Of a stretch of 64,000 bases of DNA, positions 20,742-32,560 are shown one piece after another. Numbering within the stretch: position 1 is the first letter of the stretch; each line of letters starts with the position of its first letter. Source of the DNA: Naegleria gruberi (Eukaryota); the NCBI GenBank assembly GCA_000004985.1, contig GG738869.1. The stretch is one strand, 5' to 3'. Below the pieces are notes generated by a model, which was not told the DNA's origin, made no database searches, and was given only the letters and a program-made list of their open reading frames with translations. The translations under genes were made by a program, and so were the position numbers.

Positions 20742-22649
20742 ATGGGTATTATTTGTGTTACAGATAAAAACGTGGGTTCCAGGAGTCATCAGCCTCTTCC
20801 AACACCTGCAATTCTTCACCCTAAAAAAGCAACAGGAAATAAACAAACAGGGAATACAGAAAATGGAGGTAATCAAGGTGCTGGAGAACTTGTCTTAAAA
20901 GCTCAAACTAGTGTCTCATCATTGATTCACAAGTTTAATAGTCCTATCACTACTAAATATGCTATTAAGTATCATGAACCTTTGCGAATAACAGCAAGCA
21001 TGTATTCCTCAATGTACAAAAATCAAAAGTATTTACTATGTACAGCCATACCGCCTGAGATACCATTCTATCAAACTGATATTAAGGTAGAAACTACACC
21101 AACAATAACATCTTTTATAACTTCCGTTTTTCAGGAAAGACCTACTAAGAAAAAACAAAACAATCTCTTGCACATTGTATCTTCGAGTGATAGCTTTGAT
21201 ATAGCAATGGGTGAAGATTTTAGAAATCATCCAGAAAAGAAGCAAGAGTATATAGAATCACCTCTTCCGTTGTTTTTGTGTAATCTCGTAAAGTATAATG
21301 AAAAACAAGGAGAGGACGAGTTTTCTGTTCATGAATTTACCTTTTCATGGAAATATACTAAGAGAGAGCTAATTCCAATTAATAGTGAGTCTGAAATCAA
21401 TCTCGAACCAGTTAAAAGACTTGAACCAAAGGAAAGTATATTCTATACATCAGAGACACACCACTATAACTATAAAGATCCTGGCTTCGTTAAATGGCAA
21501 AAGAAACACGAACTAGAGATTAAGGAAGATGAGGATGCAATTGATTTCCTTCAAAGATCATTGAATGCCATATGGTCCACAGTTGAGTATAAACCAAACG
21601 TATTCCATAGATCATCTGCTTCTGAGGTAGTTGAAAGTAAGGGAGAAGGAAGTATTGGTTTAGTCGTTTTATTCATTTCTGTATGTAGAGCAAACGGTAT
21701 TCCATCCCGAGCTCACTTTGGATATCTTTGCCCATCAGGTGATAAGAAGAAGGATCATAAAAAGTTAATGAAGAATGGCACCTCTCCATCTTTAATTTAT
21801 ACTGAATTCCATTCCAAAGCTGAAGTATGGATTGATAACTTGGGATGGATTCCAGTTGAACTTTCCGACAAAGATAAGGGAATTTTGAATGCTGAACCAA
21901 TACCCTTCCTGACCTCACATTTCTTTGATAATATAACAATGGATATGAGACCATTCACATCTAGATCATCAACCCTAAATTATTGTAATTCATTAGAGTA
22001 TAATGGAAGCAATGAAGAAATCAAAACACTGTTTCGTACTCCTGAGGAAGAGAAGTTTGACGGTGCAATTGTTAAATTGTGTAACGACTTTTTAATGTTG
22101 TGGCAAACTGCAAGAAGAAAAAGATCAATGGATTTATTAAGACAAACATTTGCCAAATTGTCTTCAGGACTTAAAGACGAGTTCCACCAAGAATGTACAG
22201 TTTTTGACTCTGTTTTTTTCCAAGGTTATGACATAACTTTCCTTCCATTCAAGGTGACGTCTAGAAAAACCAATAAGGATGGAATTTGTCACTCAACGAT
22301 TATGTTTACAGATCTTCAAACAATGGAAACAGAAGAATACATTGTATCTTTGGACATTGAGGATGACCTAATTGCAGATATCAACATAGCCTCGATACCC
22401 TACCTTCATGAAGAAGACAAAGTGGAAGAAAGAAAGTTGAAAATTCTTGGATCCTATGTAAGGAAAGAATTCAGCTTTTTCCCTCCTGTTTTTTCTTTCG
22501 GTACTCATAATCAGTCATTGCATACTACAGTGAAAACCCAAGTACATTACTGGCATGCTCAAATACATGAAATAGAACCTAGGAAAGAAGATGCCACTAA
22601 TAACACTACCAATAATAATAGCCATTCCAACTTGAATACTGGAGAATAA
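20742..22649 (+). CDS. [20 protein letters not shown] (TGc) cysteine-protease-fold domain protein, probably N-myristoylated
   Basis: 635-aa ORF starting MGIIC. The TGc core has Cys in VVLFISVCRANGIPSRAHFGY, His in HSKAEVWIDNLGW and Asp/Glu in IPVELSD. Confidence 0.6.
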   Translation: MGIICVTDKNVGSRSHQPLPTPAILHPKKATGNKQTGNTENGGNQGAGELVLKAQTSVSSLIHKFNSPITTKYAIKYHEPLRITASMYSSMYKNQKYLLCTAIPPEIPFYQTDIKVETTPTITSFITSVFQERPTKKKQNNLLHIVSSSDSFDIAMGEDFRNHPEKKQEYIESPLPLFLCNLVKYNEKQGEDEFSVHEFTFSWKYTKRELIPINSESEINLEPVKRLEPKESIFYTSETHHYNYKDPGFVKWQKKHELEIKEDEDAIDFLQRSLNAIWSTVEYKPNVFHRSSASEVVESKGEGSIGLVVLFISVCRANGIPSRAHFGYLCPSGDKKKDHKKLMKNGTSPSLIYTEFHSKAEVWIDNLGWIPVELSDKDKGILNAEPIPFLTSHFFDNITMDMRPFTSRSSTLNYCNSLEYNGSNEEIKTLFRTPEEEKFDGAIVKLCNDFLMLWQTARRKRSMDLLRQTFAKLSSGLKDEFHQECTVFDSVFFQGYDITFLPFKVTSRKTNKDGICHSTIMFTDLQTMETEEYIVSLDIEDDLIADINIASIPYLHEEDKVEERKLKILGSYVRKEFSFFPPVFSFGTHNQSLHTTVKTQVHYWHAQIHEIEPRKEDATNNTTNNNSHSNLNTGE

Positions 22650-22677
22650 AATTGTAATATTTATATCTTTGTACAAA

Positions 22678-24476
22678 TTATTGAACTTGTTTGTAAACCT
22701 CAAAATTACCCTCTGTAGTTGCTGAAACAATGTATGAACTGGTAAGTGCTACATCGTTCACTCTACTTTTATGATCTAAATGCTCACTCGAATTGTTATT
22801 AATATTGAAAATGAAAAGTCCGTTACTACTGTTTTCAATAAATGAGTTAACATTAGAGGGAACACAAATACTATTATTTGAGAATGGTTTGAAATATGCC
22901 TTGGTAAGATTATCAGAACTGCAACAAAGTTTAGGGTGAGAAAGCGTAGTTAATTCCTTATTAGTTCTGCAATCAAATACTTTCAAAGTATTATCCCTAG
23001 AATTGGTAACAATATAATTTCTATCAAATGATACATCCACAGAAGTTATAGATTCATAGTGAGTTGTTTCTATTTCATCAACATGTTGTTGTATTCTTGT
23101 ATCTGTAAATCTCAACTTTTTATCAAAGTGAGCTGATATAATTACAGAATCTGTAATCTTATCCATTGAATTACATGAACTTCCAGTTAGAACTGTTTTA
23201 GTACATTTCAATTCATTCAAATCCCAAAATTTCATAGTCTTATCATGACTTCCGCTAAGGGCAATATTATTATCTACAAATATACTACTATTTACATGAC
23301 TAGTATGACCTTTCAGAGATGAAAAATGAAAGTTTTTAGAGGAATCATAAATCCTAATAATTCCATCTTTAGAAGTTGCCATTATTTTAGATCCATCATC
23401 TGAAAAGCACACTGAAGTGATTGACCCTAATGAAGCTTTCATAGTATAAATATTTGTGAAGCTCAAATCTTCATTAAACTTCCATAATTGTACAGTATTT
23501 TTCTCATCTCCTGATAATAATAAATTATAATTTGTATCAAATTGTACACAGTTTACAGAACAATCATGGGCTTTCTGTAATACAAATAAATAAAATTGAA
23601 AATTATTTCACTTACAAATCCATATTGATATTCATATTTTTCTCTTACAATTTCCTCGACTCTATTTACATTTGATATTTCCGATTTACCATTTACATAT
23701 TGATTTAACTGTTGTTCAAGTGAATAACTTCTTTGTTGTTCATGTTCCAGTTCATTACAAACATTCATCATTTGTGTCTTGTATTCATTATTTAATTTTT
23801 GGATATAATTTGACATGTGATAGAGTGATGCTTGTAATTGTTTGATTTGTTCATTAAGAATATAATCCTTAGATTTAATAGAATCCACTTCCTTTAAATA
23901 TGTTTTTTGATAATTATCCATGTTTTTAATTTCATCATCTCTTCTTCCAATTTCAATTAAAAACAAATCTGCTTCTCTTCTATGTATTTCCACTTGTTCT
24001 TTACATTGTTTGTTTTTCTCTTCTAATTCTTTATTCTCCTTTGTTAGACTTTCAATTTTTCTATTATAAAACAATAGTAAGAAATTATCATCAACATGAT
24101 CATTACTTACTTGTCTGCTGATCGGAGAGCAGAATTTAATTCCGTAATTTGATCCATTAATCTTGCTATATAATCAATATGATAATTTTCATGTTATTAT
24201 TATAATTTAAATATAATAATAATAAATAAATTTAAATCTAATTAAAAACAAACCCTTGTCTCGCATTACTTCTAAAAATTGTGATTGCAAAACGTCATTT
24301 CTCACATCGGAATTTTCATTAGTAGATACAGGTGGTCTTGGTGATCTGTTCCGTTCCTCTTGAATTTGTACCAAATATTGAAACATTGTATTATTCTTCT
24401 CCGTTTCATCACGTTTTATCAGCAGGTTTGAAAATTCATTTCTAAATTGGATATTGTTGCTGATATTTATTTGCAT
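22678..24476 (-). CDS. atg16: Autophagy protein ATG16 (coiled-coil plus C-terminal WD40), 4 exons
   Basis: Exons 24476-24254, 24165-24111, 24060-23616 and 23574-22678. Introns are 88, 50 and 41 nt. It has an N-terminal helix, a coiled coil, and WD repeats matching ATG16L1 (SGSHDKTMKFWDLNELKCTKTVLTGSSCNSMD...AHFDKKLRFTD). The start codon lies 37 bp downstream of the kinesin gene's stop. Confidence 0.8.
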
Positions 24477-24515
24477 TTTTTACATAATGATTTTACCATT
24501 TGAAAATGGATCACA

Positions 24516-27500
24516 TTAAACATCTAAACTGAAAGACCACTGCAGTTTTGTTGTTGATCCATTAAAAGCAATCTCTTCTTCATTTCCTGATCTAAATAAT
24601 TCGAAAATTCTTTCGATAGTTGTACTTAATTTCATCACTTCTTGTTTGTTGTGGCAAAGTTTGATCTTTAACACATTGTCTGGTTGGATAGTCTCTAAAA
24701 TGTTGAAAGATAACTTTTCATTGATTGGAAATTGGCCAACTGTACAAGGCACTAAGCCAGATTTAGCTTTTTCATTATAAGTTCTTTCTTCTGATCCCTG
24801 TGAAAGAGAAACTTTGAAATTTACACAACCATCTCCATACGGACAATTGGTTAATGAAATAAAGTTAACAATCAATATACTATATGAAGATATTGAAGTT
24901 GCTTGAGGTGGTATTACGGTTTTGTTCTTAGATGGTGATGGTAAGCCACCAATGGATAACCTTCTTATTCTTGCTTTCAAAATTTCATTTTCTTTTATCA
25001 ACTCACTAGCATTAGAATACGTATCAGATGTGTCTAAACTATGATTCAAGTCGGAATTTGCTGGAGAAATTGGACTTGTTGGTGGTGTAAAGTTTGGTAT
25101 GGCTTTTCTCTTTGGAGTTGTTGACCCACCAACTGATCCATTTTGAGAACTATTCATGGTTGAATTAGCAAAAGCTTCTTGCATCAAGCCACCATAACTG
25201 GAAAGACTCTTTCTTCTGAGAGAATTCCATTTTCCTTCTTCTTGCGTTATTTCTCCTACCAAATCAAACTGAATAAAGCCATCTTCCAAGTATTCAATTA
25301 AATCCTCGTTAACTGTTCTTACACAGTATCTTCTATGGAAATTGAACAAAAGGTTTGTTCCTGTTTGCTTGGAAGTATGAATTGGTTTCTCAGTATAAAA
25401 CTTGAAACGAACATAATTGTCCTTGGATTGTGAGTCCAATTCCTTAACAGCTTTAATCTTGAGCAGGAAATGAAGAGATTGGCCCATCAAATCATCCGGA
25501 GTTTCAACAGGTAATGGTGTTTGTTTCATGGTTTCATCACCTGGAACCAATGGAACGATTGCTGCTAGCAAGTGGCCCCTTACCTCACCATCAACATCAA
25601 GAAGAGGAAGCAACTCTTCTTTTGCTGTTCTTCTGGCTAAATGCTTCAGTTCCATTCTGGCTGTTCCTACTACTTCGACAGAACTGCCATAGAAAGGATC
25701 TTGAACTTCTTCAGTCATAGAAGTGTTAAGATCATTTTGGACTGGTTCTCTAATGATGAGAACTTTTTCTCTCATCTTTACAAGTCTAGTTTCAAACTCC
25801 TCAACCGACCACATTGTTGTCTTCTTCCTTTCCTTATCAACTGCTTGTATACCCAGAAGAGGTTCAGAATTTTTAACCAGAATTTTCAAGTCATATCTTA
25901 TATTCTTATTGAAATCCTTTACAATATCATTTGCTTCCTTAATCATTGGCAAAAGCCTAACCAAATTTTCATCGATTCTGTTTCTCGAAATATTACCAGG
26001 AGGAGGCTTTACGACCTTTTCTTCTTTGTGGACAAGCTTGTTGTGAAGACCTTTAAGAACACCCCTAACAGTGTCTCTAAAACTTCTTCGTTTCTTCTTC
26101 TTTTTTTCATCCATTTCCTCAAGCTTTTGTTTATGTTCCTCTAACTCTTTGACTTGTCTTTCAATAATTTCTTGCTGTTTGTACTTTTCTTTTTCATATT
26201 CTTTCTCTATCTCCAATAGTTTTGCCTTCATTGTTTCTTCAATTTCTTTTTCTTTTTCTTCTACAGCATATTCAATAGCTCTCTTTTGTTCTTGAGATAA
26301 CTCTTCTTGAGCAAAAGCCCAATCGATATTTTCATCCACTTGTGAGCTTGTTTCTGTAAATCTGAAAACGTGATTATTACCTAAAATTATTCTGTCATTA
26401 CACTTCAGTTCTGTGTCCTTGGTTATCAATTTACCGTTTACATAAACAGTAGCAGAATTGATTGGAATGATTATTATATTCTCGGGAGTTCTGGAAACTA
26501 TACAATGTTGTGGTTTGATTTGAAGACCATTCAGAACAATATTATTAGACTTATCACGACCTAAGAATGTATCACCAATTTTAAAGAAATACACAAGCAT
26601 ACCACTCATCATTGGATCTTCATTCAAGTTGACCAAACTTGGGGCGTCAGTTGATTGAACAATATCTCCAATATCTGTGAACACAATACCAGCTTCTTCA
26701 AGAACTTTTCTTCTTGCCTTTTCAATTTCGTGTGTTCTTCGTTCCTTTTCTTTCTGAGTTGTTTGCAGCTGTTCTATAATTTGTTGACTTGAGGCAAGCT
26801 GTTCTTTCAGTTTAATTTTTTCATCGTCATCGACAACCTTATTTGAAGGTGTAAGAAGACATTTAAGTCTTGAAATTTCATCTCTCAGCTCTCGAATTAC
26901 TGTTGCATTTGGATCTTCGTTGATTTTTGCCTTATTTTTGATACTTTTTGCTCTGTTGGCATATCTGAGGGTGGAAAGAGTTTCTTGGTAATTATAATCG
27001 CTAGGTGAAAGTGTTGCAATCATTATCTTTTGGAAATTAGCTTGTCAACTTTTGTTGAATTACATACCGTTTTGCTATTTCCTCCCAAACTTTCTTTAAG
27101 TAACCAAGTTCTGTAACTCTATTAGTAAAGAGAATTCAACCTTCATACTTACAAAACACTGTTTCTGTAAGGAACAAAAACTTTCTTATTTGGATTTTCT
27201 GCTTTCTCTGACAATTTGTTGATTACATTACCTAGGGCTGTGAGAGAAACGTTAATAGATGATCCTTCCTTTAGTCTTTCGCCTGTTGCTCCTGTTTTAT
27301 CTGCTCTTTCAGAACCAGCTAAATCTATCAAGTTAATGATTGAAACTTTTTCAGAAAAGGCAGAAGTTCCATTGTCAACAATAGATTCAGTAGAAGAAGC
27401 GAGAATAATTTGGAAAATAGTGTGAGCTCTTGATGATGTATCATTCATATTTGTTTTGGCAATAGTTCTTAACCTATTACCTTCATCCATTAACCTCAAA

Positions 27501-28252
27501 ATGTCGTCCTCATTATGTACAATACAAGATTCCATTCCCTCAATATAAGGACCTGTTTGAGGATTTTCTCTAATCTTCAAACCAGCCTTATTATTCAAAG
27601 GATTTGTTGGGTTGAAAAGGTCTCTAACTTGTTCATTATAGATTTCAATCATTGAGGTTTCAACTCTATAATTTCTTGTAATTCCATCATTCTTATTTCC
27701 ATCTTCTCTAATTCTATGAAAGATCGCTTTACAAATTCTAGGAATCAACCCCATATGTTCTCCTTCTCCAACTCCCATCATTGTATACTATATAGTAAAA
27801 ATACAAATACTATTAAAATCCAAACAATCCTCAAATAGACACATACCGTTTTACCACTATCAACAGTTTGAATTCCTATTGTCAATCTAAAACTTACCTT
27901 CCTGTTTGACCATAAGCAAAAAGTGAAGTATTATATCCTTGGAAAGCATTTTCAATGATCCTCACACCAATCTCATCAAACACTTTTTCTTGTGGGGTGT
28001 GTCCCTCACTCTTTTCATCATGACTCCAAAATGAATAATCAAAGCTAAATGGTCTATCTTGTCCATGAGTATCTGGGTCTCTTATTATTGTTTGAGGACC
28101 CTCCATATTAATAATACATTGTGTTCCTCCTTTAATACGTTTTTCTCTTTCATTGAAAGGACGAACACGAACAGCAACCTTAGGAGATGATATTGTTATC
28201 CATCATTGTTCATACTTCTTCTAATACATACCAGCACCGAATCAGACGACAT
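24516..28252 (-). CDS. Kinesin-3 family motor (Unc104/KIF1-like) with FHA domain, 6 exons including a 10-nt micro-exon
   Basis: Exons 28252-28232, 28178-27898, 27856-27847, 27787-27153, 27110-27068 and 27026-24516. Introns are 53, 41, 59, 42 and 41 nt. Motor motifs are [14 protein letters not shown]-loop AYGQTG|SGKT|YTMMG (split by the micro-exon), [24 protein letters not shown]|[14 protein letters not shown] and [25 protein letters not shown]. An FHA domain follows ([33 protein letters not shown]), then a coiled-coil and cargo region. Confidence 0.85.
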
Positions 28253-28534
28253 TTTTTCGTTAGGAAATATAAGTTTGGCGCAAAGATAAGATTCTGGGAT
28301 TGTTGTACAACAGTCACCTAAAGCTTAGAATCAACCAACATCATCGTAATTCATGAAAGAAACTTACAACACAAAGTTGATGGTGATTGAAAGGGCCTTG
28401 GTCATTGAAATAAAAGCGATAAGGCATAACGTTCAAAAACATTGTTTTACCTCTGAGATAAAATAATTGAACAAGAAATCATAAAAACACCCGCCAAAAA
28501 TTTACGCATTTAACCTCTAAAATTAAAAAAAAAG

Positions 28535-31389
28535 ATGGACTCTCTGCCTTTCGATCATTTTCCACCAGAGTTGCTCAATGACTACAACAAGGAATTGAGT
28601 GCAAAAGTTCATGAATTGCAACAATCACTCAATGAAAAACAAAAGAAGGTTAAATCGGAGGAGGATAGAACTTCAACATTAAAGGAGCACTTTAAGAATG
28701 CAACTGTTGAAGCACAAAATACTCAAGCATTGTTAGAAGCTAAGAATAGCGAAACGGAAACAGAGTTGCATCTTAAACAAGTTGCTGAAAGAGAACTGGG
28801 AAGACTCCAAATAGAAATACAAAAAATTGATAAGCAAGTAAATGATATTCAGGATCAGGTAAGTATTCAAGAAATTTAATTTCAAAATTAATTAATTAAT
28901 TAAAAAGACCAACTTGGTTCAAAATGAAATTTTCAGAACTAATGAAAAAATTGATGAGCTTAAAACAAATATGGGTTTTGATCAAGAAGAATTGGAACAA
29001 TGGACATTAGCCGAAAAACAAAAAGAGGAAGATCAAGAAATTATCGAACAATATTCCAAACAAGATGAAAAGAAAATTAAGGATATTAATTTGGATAGTG
29101 AGAAGTGGACTAAACTTACTGAACTCAAAAAAACAGAATATGAAAAGGAAATTACTGAAACACAATCTGTTCAAATTGAGTTAGAAAAAACTGCAGAAGA
29201 TTACAAGGCCCTCCATAAGGAAAGACAAGACCTCATCCAACAATGGGAAGATACAATTGAAGCTATGAATAAGAGGGATGAAATGATTCAAAAGGCTGGA
29301 GAAGCATTGACAAATGGTAAAGACGATATTCAAAGAAGACAAGAGGACTTGTATGAGCATACAAAGAGATTTGAAGATAGAGTCCAAGATAACAAAAAAT
29401 TGGAACAACAAATAGATAAATCTGGAAGAGTTTTGGAAGGACTACGTGACCAAAATGAAAAGCTCAAAAAGCATATCAAGTAAGTATATTAAGAAATGCA
29501 TTCTAACGTTCGTTTAGAGATTTGGAAGATGAACTTGAAGTTATTAGAAACACTCTAGCTAAGAGCTCGAGTGATTTGAACAACAAGAGAATTGAAAAGA
29601 AATATTTACAAGACCAAATTAAAAAGAAGGAAGAAAAACTTGAAGCTTTGACAACACAATTGAAGGAAACAACCACAAGATTGGAAGAAAGTAAAGTTTA
29701 CATGGGAGATCTGGAGTCTAGATCCAAATACGTTTCAGATGTCCTAGTTTCAGAGGAAACCAAGCTTAAAAACATGGACAAAAGATTGGAAGAACTAAAG
29801 ACTCAACTTTATCACCAATCCCAGGCTTTGTTCAAGGAACGACAAAAGGAGGCAAACATGATTGCAGAAATAGGAGGAACAAACTCTCAAAATAAGAACA
29901 TGGTATCAAAAATTTCACAACTTGAAAGTGTGGTTCTTAAACAACAAGAGTTGCTCTATAACATTGAATTCCAAGTTCAACAAATGGAAAGAAGAGTTAA
30001 CAGAGCTCAAGGCGAAAGAACTGAGGAAGAGAAAATCAAGCTTAATCTTCAAATTGAAGAACTTCAAAAGACTTTGGATGAACATGAAGCCCAATTTGAT
30101 ATGATTAAGGGTGAATGGACTAAGGTAATTGGTGAAGTTAGAAAGATTAAAAAGGAAGTTGACATCAAAGAAGATGAAAAAGCTAAACTCACAGAAAAGG
30201 TTCATGATCTCACTTTAGAAAACAATTCACTTGAAGAAGAAATGAAGTTGTTGTCCAGAGAAAAGGAAGACTTACTTGTTCAACACGATATTCAAAAACT
30301 TCAAGTTAAGAGAATGAGAGACATGCTGAGAGCAAGAAGCGATGAAGTATCTGGTTTAGAAAACAGAAAATATCAATTGGAAATGCTCTATGTTGAAAAG
30401 GAACAAAAGGTTAAAGCTCACAAGGAAATGTTAGGAGCAGAATTAAAGGCTTACGAAGATGAAAGAAGAAAGCTTTCTCTTGAATTGAGTAATAGAAGAG
30501 TCCATATCGACAAGCTTAAGAATAAGTATAACATTATGATTCAGAGAATGAAACCAGACGAGGATGGTGAAGAAGTTTCTCAAGCACAATTCTTGATTAG
30601 AGCAATTCAAGAAAGAGAAGAACTTCAAAGAATTGGTGACAAGTTGGATGAAGAAATTCAAAAACTTGAGAGTCATGACAGAGGATTGGAACATACTCTC
30701 TCTTTATTCAAGAATCATAATATTAGGTAAGTTTGAATGATTTCTTTATCTTAATTTCATTTAGCCATAACGAGCATTATAAGAAGGTTGATTTGAACGA
30801 TCCAGACATTAGACAGAAAGTTGAACTTGAAAATAAGTGTAAGGACTTGGACACACTTACCAGTAGAAGAATTCAAGAGCAACACGATTACGAGGAAAGT
30901 GCAACAAGAAAACAAAAGGAATTTGAAGCTGTTATGATCGAGCAAAAAGAAATTCAGATAAAACTAGATGCTCTTAAGAACTCAAAGCAATTGTTAGAAA
31001 AGGATATCAACAAATTGTTGACCTCCCTTGCAACTCAAAAGACGTTATTTAAGAGTCAACTTAAGGAAATTAAGAAGACGCCAGATGGGGAAGTCTTTAC
31101 TCAAGATATTAATTGTACAGATGCCAAACTTAAAATCAAAAATAGCTTATTAACTTTAGGGCAAATAACTGAAGGAAATCCAGTGATGCGAAATACATTG
31201 GAAAAGTACTTGAAAGAAGAAGGGCTCTCAATGCCAATTATCAGTAGACCTGCATCTGGATTATCTGTTCTCTCTTCCAGAACCAGTGTAAAGAGCTCTG
31301 TAAGGAGTGTAAATAGTTCGACAAATAGAAGTACAACTTCTAGTACTAACAGAAAGGTAGCAAACACATCTATAATTTCTTTACAGTAA
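28535..31389 (+). CDS. CCDC39-like axonemal coiled-coil protein (tentative), 4 exons, ~910 aa
   Basis: Exons 28535-28858, 28908-29479, 29518-30726 and 30765-31389. Introns are 49, 38 and 38 nt, and the phases check out. It is coiled-coil throughout. Segments recall CCDC39: AERELGRLQIEIQKI, HKERQDLIQQWEDTIEAMNKRD, LKQQELLYNIEFQVQQMERRVNRAQGE and LQVKRMRDMLRARSDEVSGLENRK. The C-terminal tail is S/T-rich. The family assignment is from memory and needs a search. Confidence 0.5.
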
Positions 31390-31440
31390 ATAATTATCCT
31401 ACACAGATTTAGAAATCAATTAAAATCTTCAATAAAAAAA

Positions 31441-32367
31441 ATGAACAGAATCTTGATCGCAACTTTTGCAATTTTGGCTCTCGTTATTAGTGCTCAAGCA
31501 TTTACTATTGGAGGAATTAAATTCAATGCTCCAAAGGATAACGAAGAAGTCTGTAAGTCCTTTGCCAATAGATATGAACCATTCGACTACTTCCTCCTCA
31601 GGTAGGTAAAATAATCATCATGATGAACTAATTCATTTACACAGTATTCAATGGCCAGGTACTGCTTGTGTCGGTAAGAAGCCAGGTGAATGCACTGTCC
31701 CAGATTTTGTCAATGATTTTACTCTCCATGGTAAGTATTTTCTATTTGATAATAGTAGAGAAATTTAAACTATTATTTAATGCATGCGATGAAAATTTAT
31801 GAATTTTTCAATCATCACGTCATCAATTATTATAACAATATATTATTATTATTATTATTAATAGGACTCTGGCCACAATACAACAATCCATCTACCTATC
31901 CAGAATGTTGTTGGAATATTGATTTTGATGCCAATGCCATTGCTCCAATTAGAGACCAAATGAACAAGTTGTGGCCATCTTTCTATCACTCCAATGAACA
32001 TTTCTGGACTCATGAATTTGTCAAGCATGGTACTTGTTCTAATTCTACTTTGGATAATTTGGAATATATCTACTTCTCCAATACTCTCAAGATTTTCAAT
32101 AAGATGCATCTTCTTGATGCCTTGAAGGGATCTAATATTGTTCCATCTCATGGAGGTTATCAAAGAGAAAGAATGGAAAGTGCTTTGGCTGCTGCTGGTT
32201 ATCCAGGAGTTGTTGCTTGTTTACGTGATCGTACCAACATTGGTGAAATTAGATTCTGTGTTGATAAGAATACTTTGCAATTGAAGAAATGTGACCAAGC
32301 TCTTATTGATAATATTCATCAACATAATGGATGTAAGGCAACTGTCAATTTCCCTCCAATTCATTAA
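31441..32367 (+). CDS. Secreted ribonuclease T2 family, 3 exons
   Basis: Exons 31441-31601, 31645-31730 and 31865-32367. Introns are 43 and 134 nt, and the second carries an (ATT)n tract. It has a signal peptide (MNRILIATFAILALVISAQA), CAS I (FTLHG|LWP across intron 2) and CAS II (FWTHEFVKHGTC). Confidence 0.85.
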
Positions 32368-32560
32368 ATTCCTTTCTATTTAAAGTACTTTAATTGGATT
32401 GTAAAATTGTGTTCACTTGGAAATGATTGGTCAATTGGACCCTGTTCTACTACTACTGGTGTGGTTCTACTTGGTCTAACTATTCCTTTGCATTTCAAAT
32501 AGAACATGCACATTTGAACGTCTCAGGCGCATAATTTTTGAAATACCAACATCAAAAAGA

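Noticed and set aside
27149-28106. ORF-track entries 27149-27781 and 27894-28106 as separate genes
   Set aside because: They are exons of the single kinesin-3 gene (P-loop, switch I/II and neck motifs are collinear once four short introns are removed).
31780-32367. 195-aa plus-strand ORF starting in (ATT)n-rich sequence
   Set aside because: Its N-terminal 28 aa are translated intron 2 of the RNase T2 gene. The real exon 3 starts at 31865 after a TAG acceptor, restoring the FTLHG/LWP CAS-I motif.
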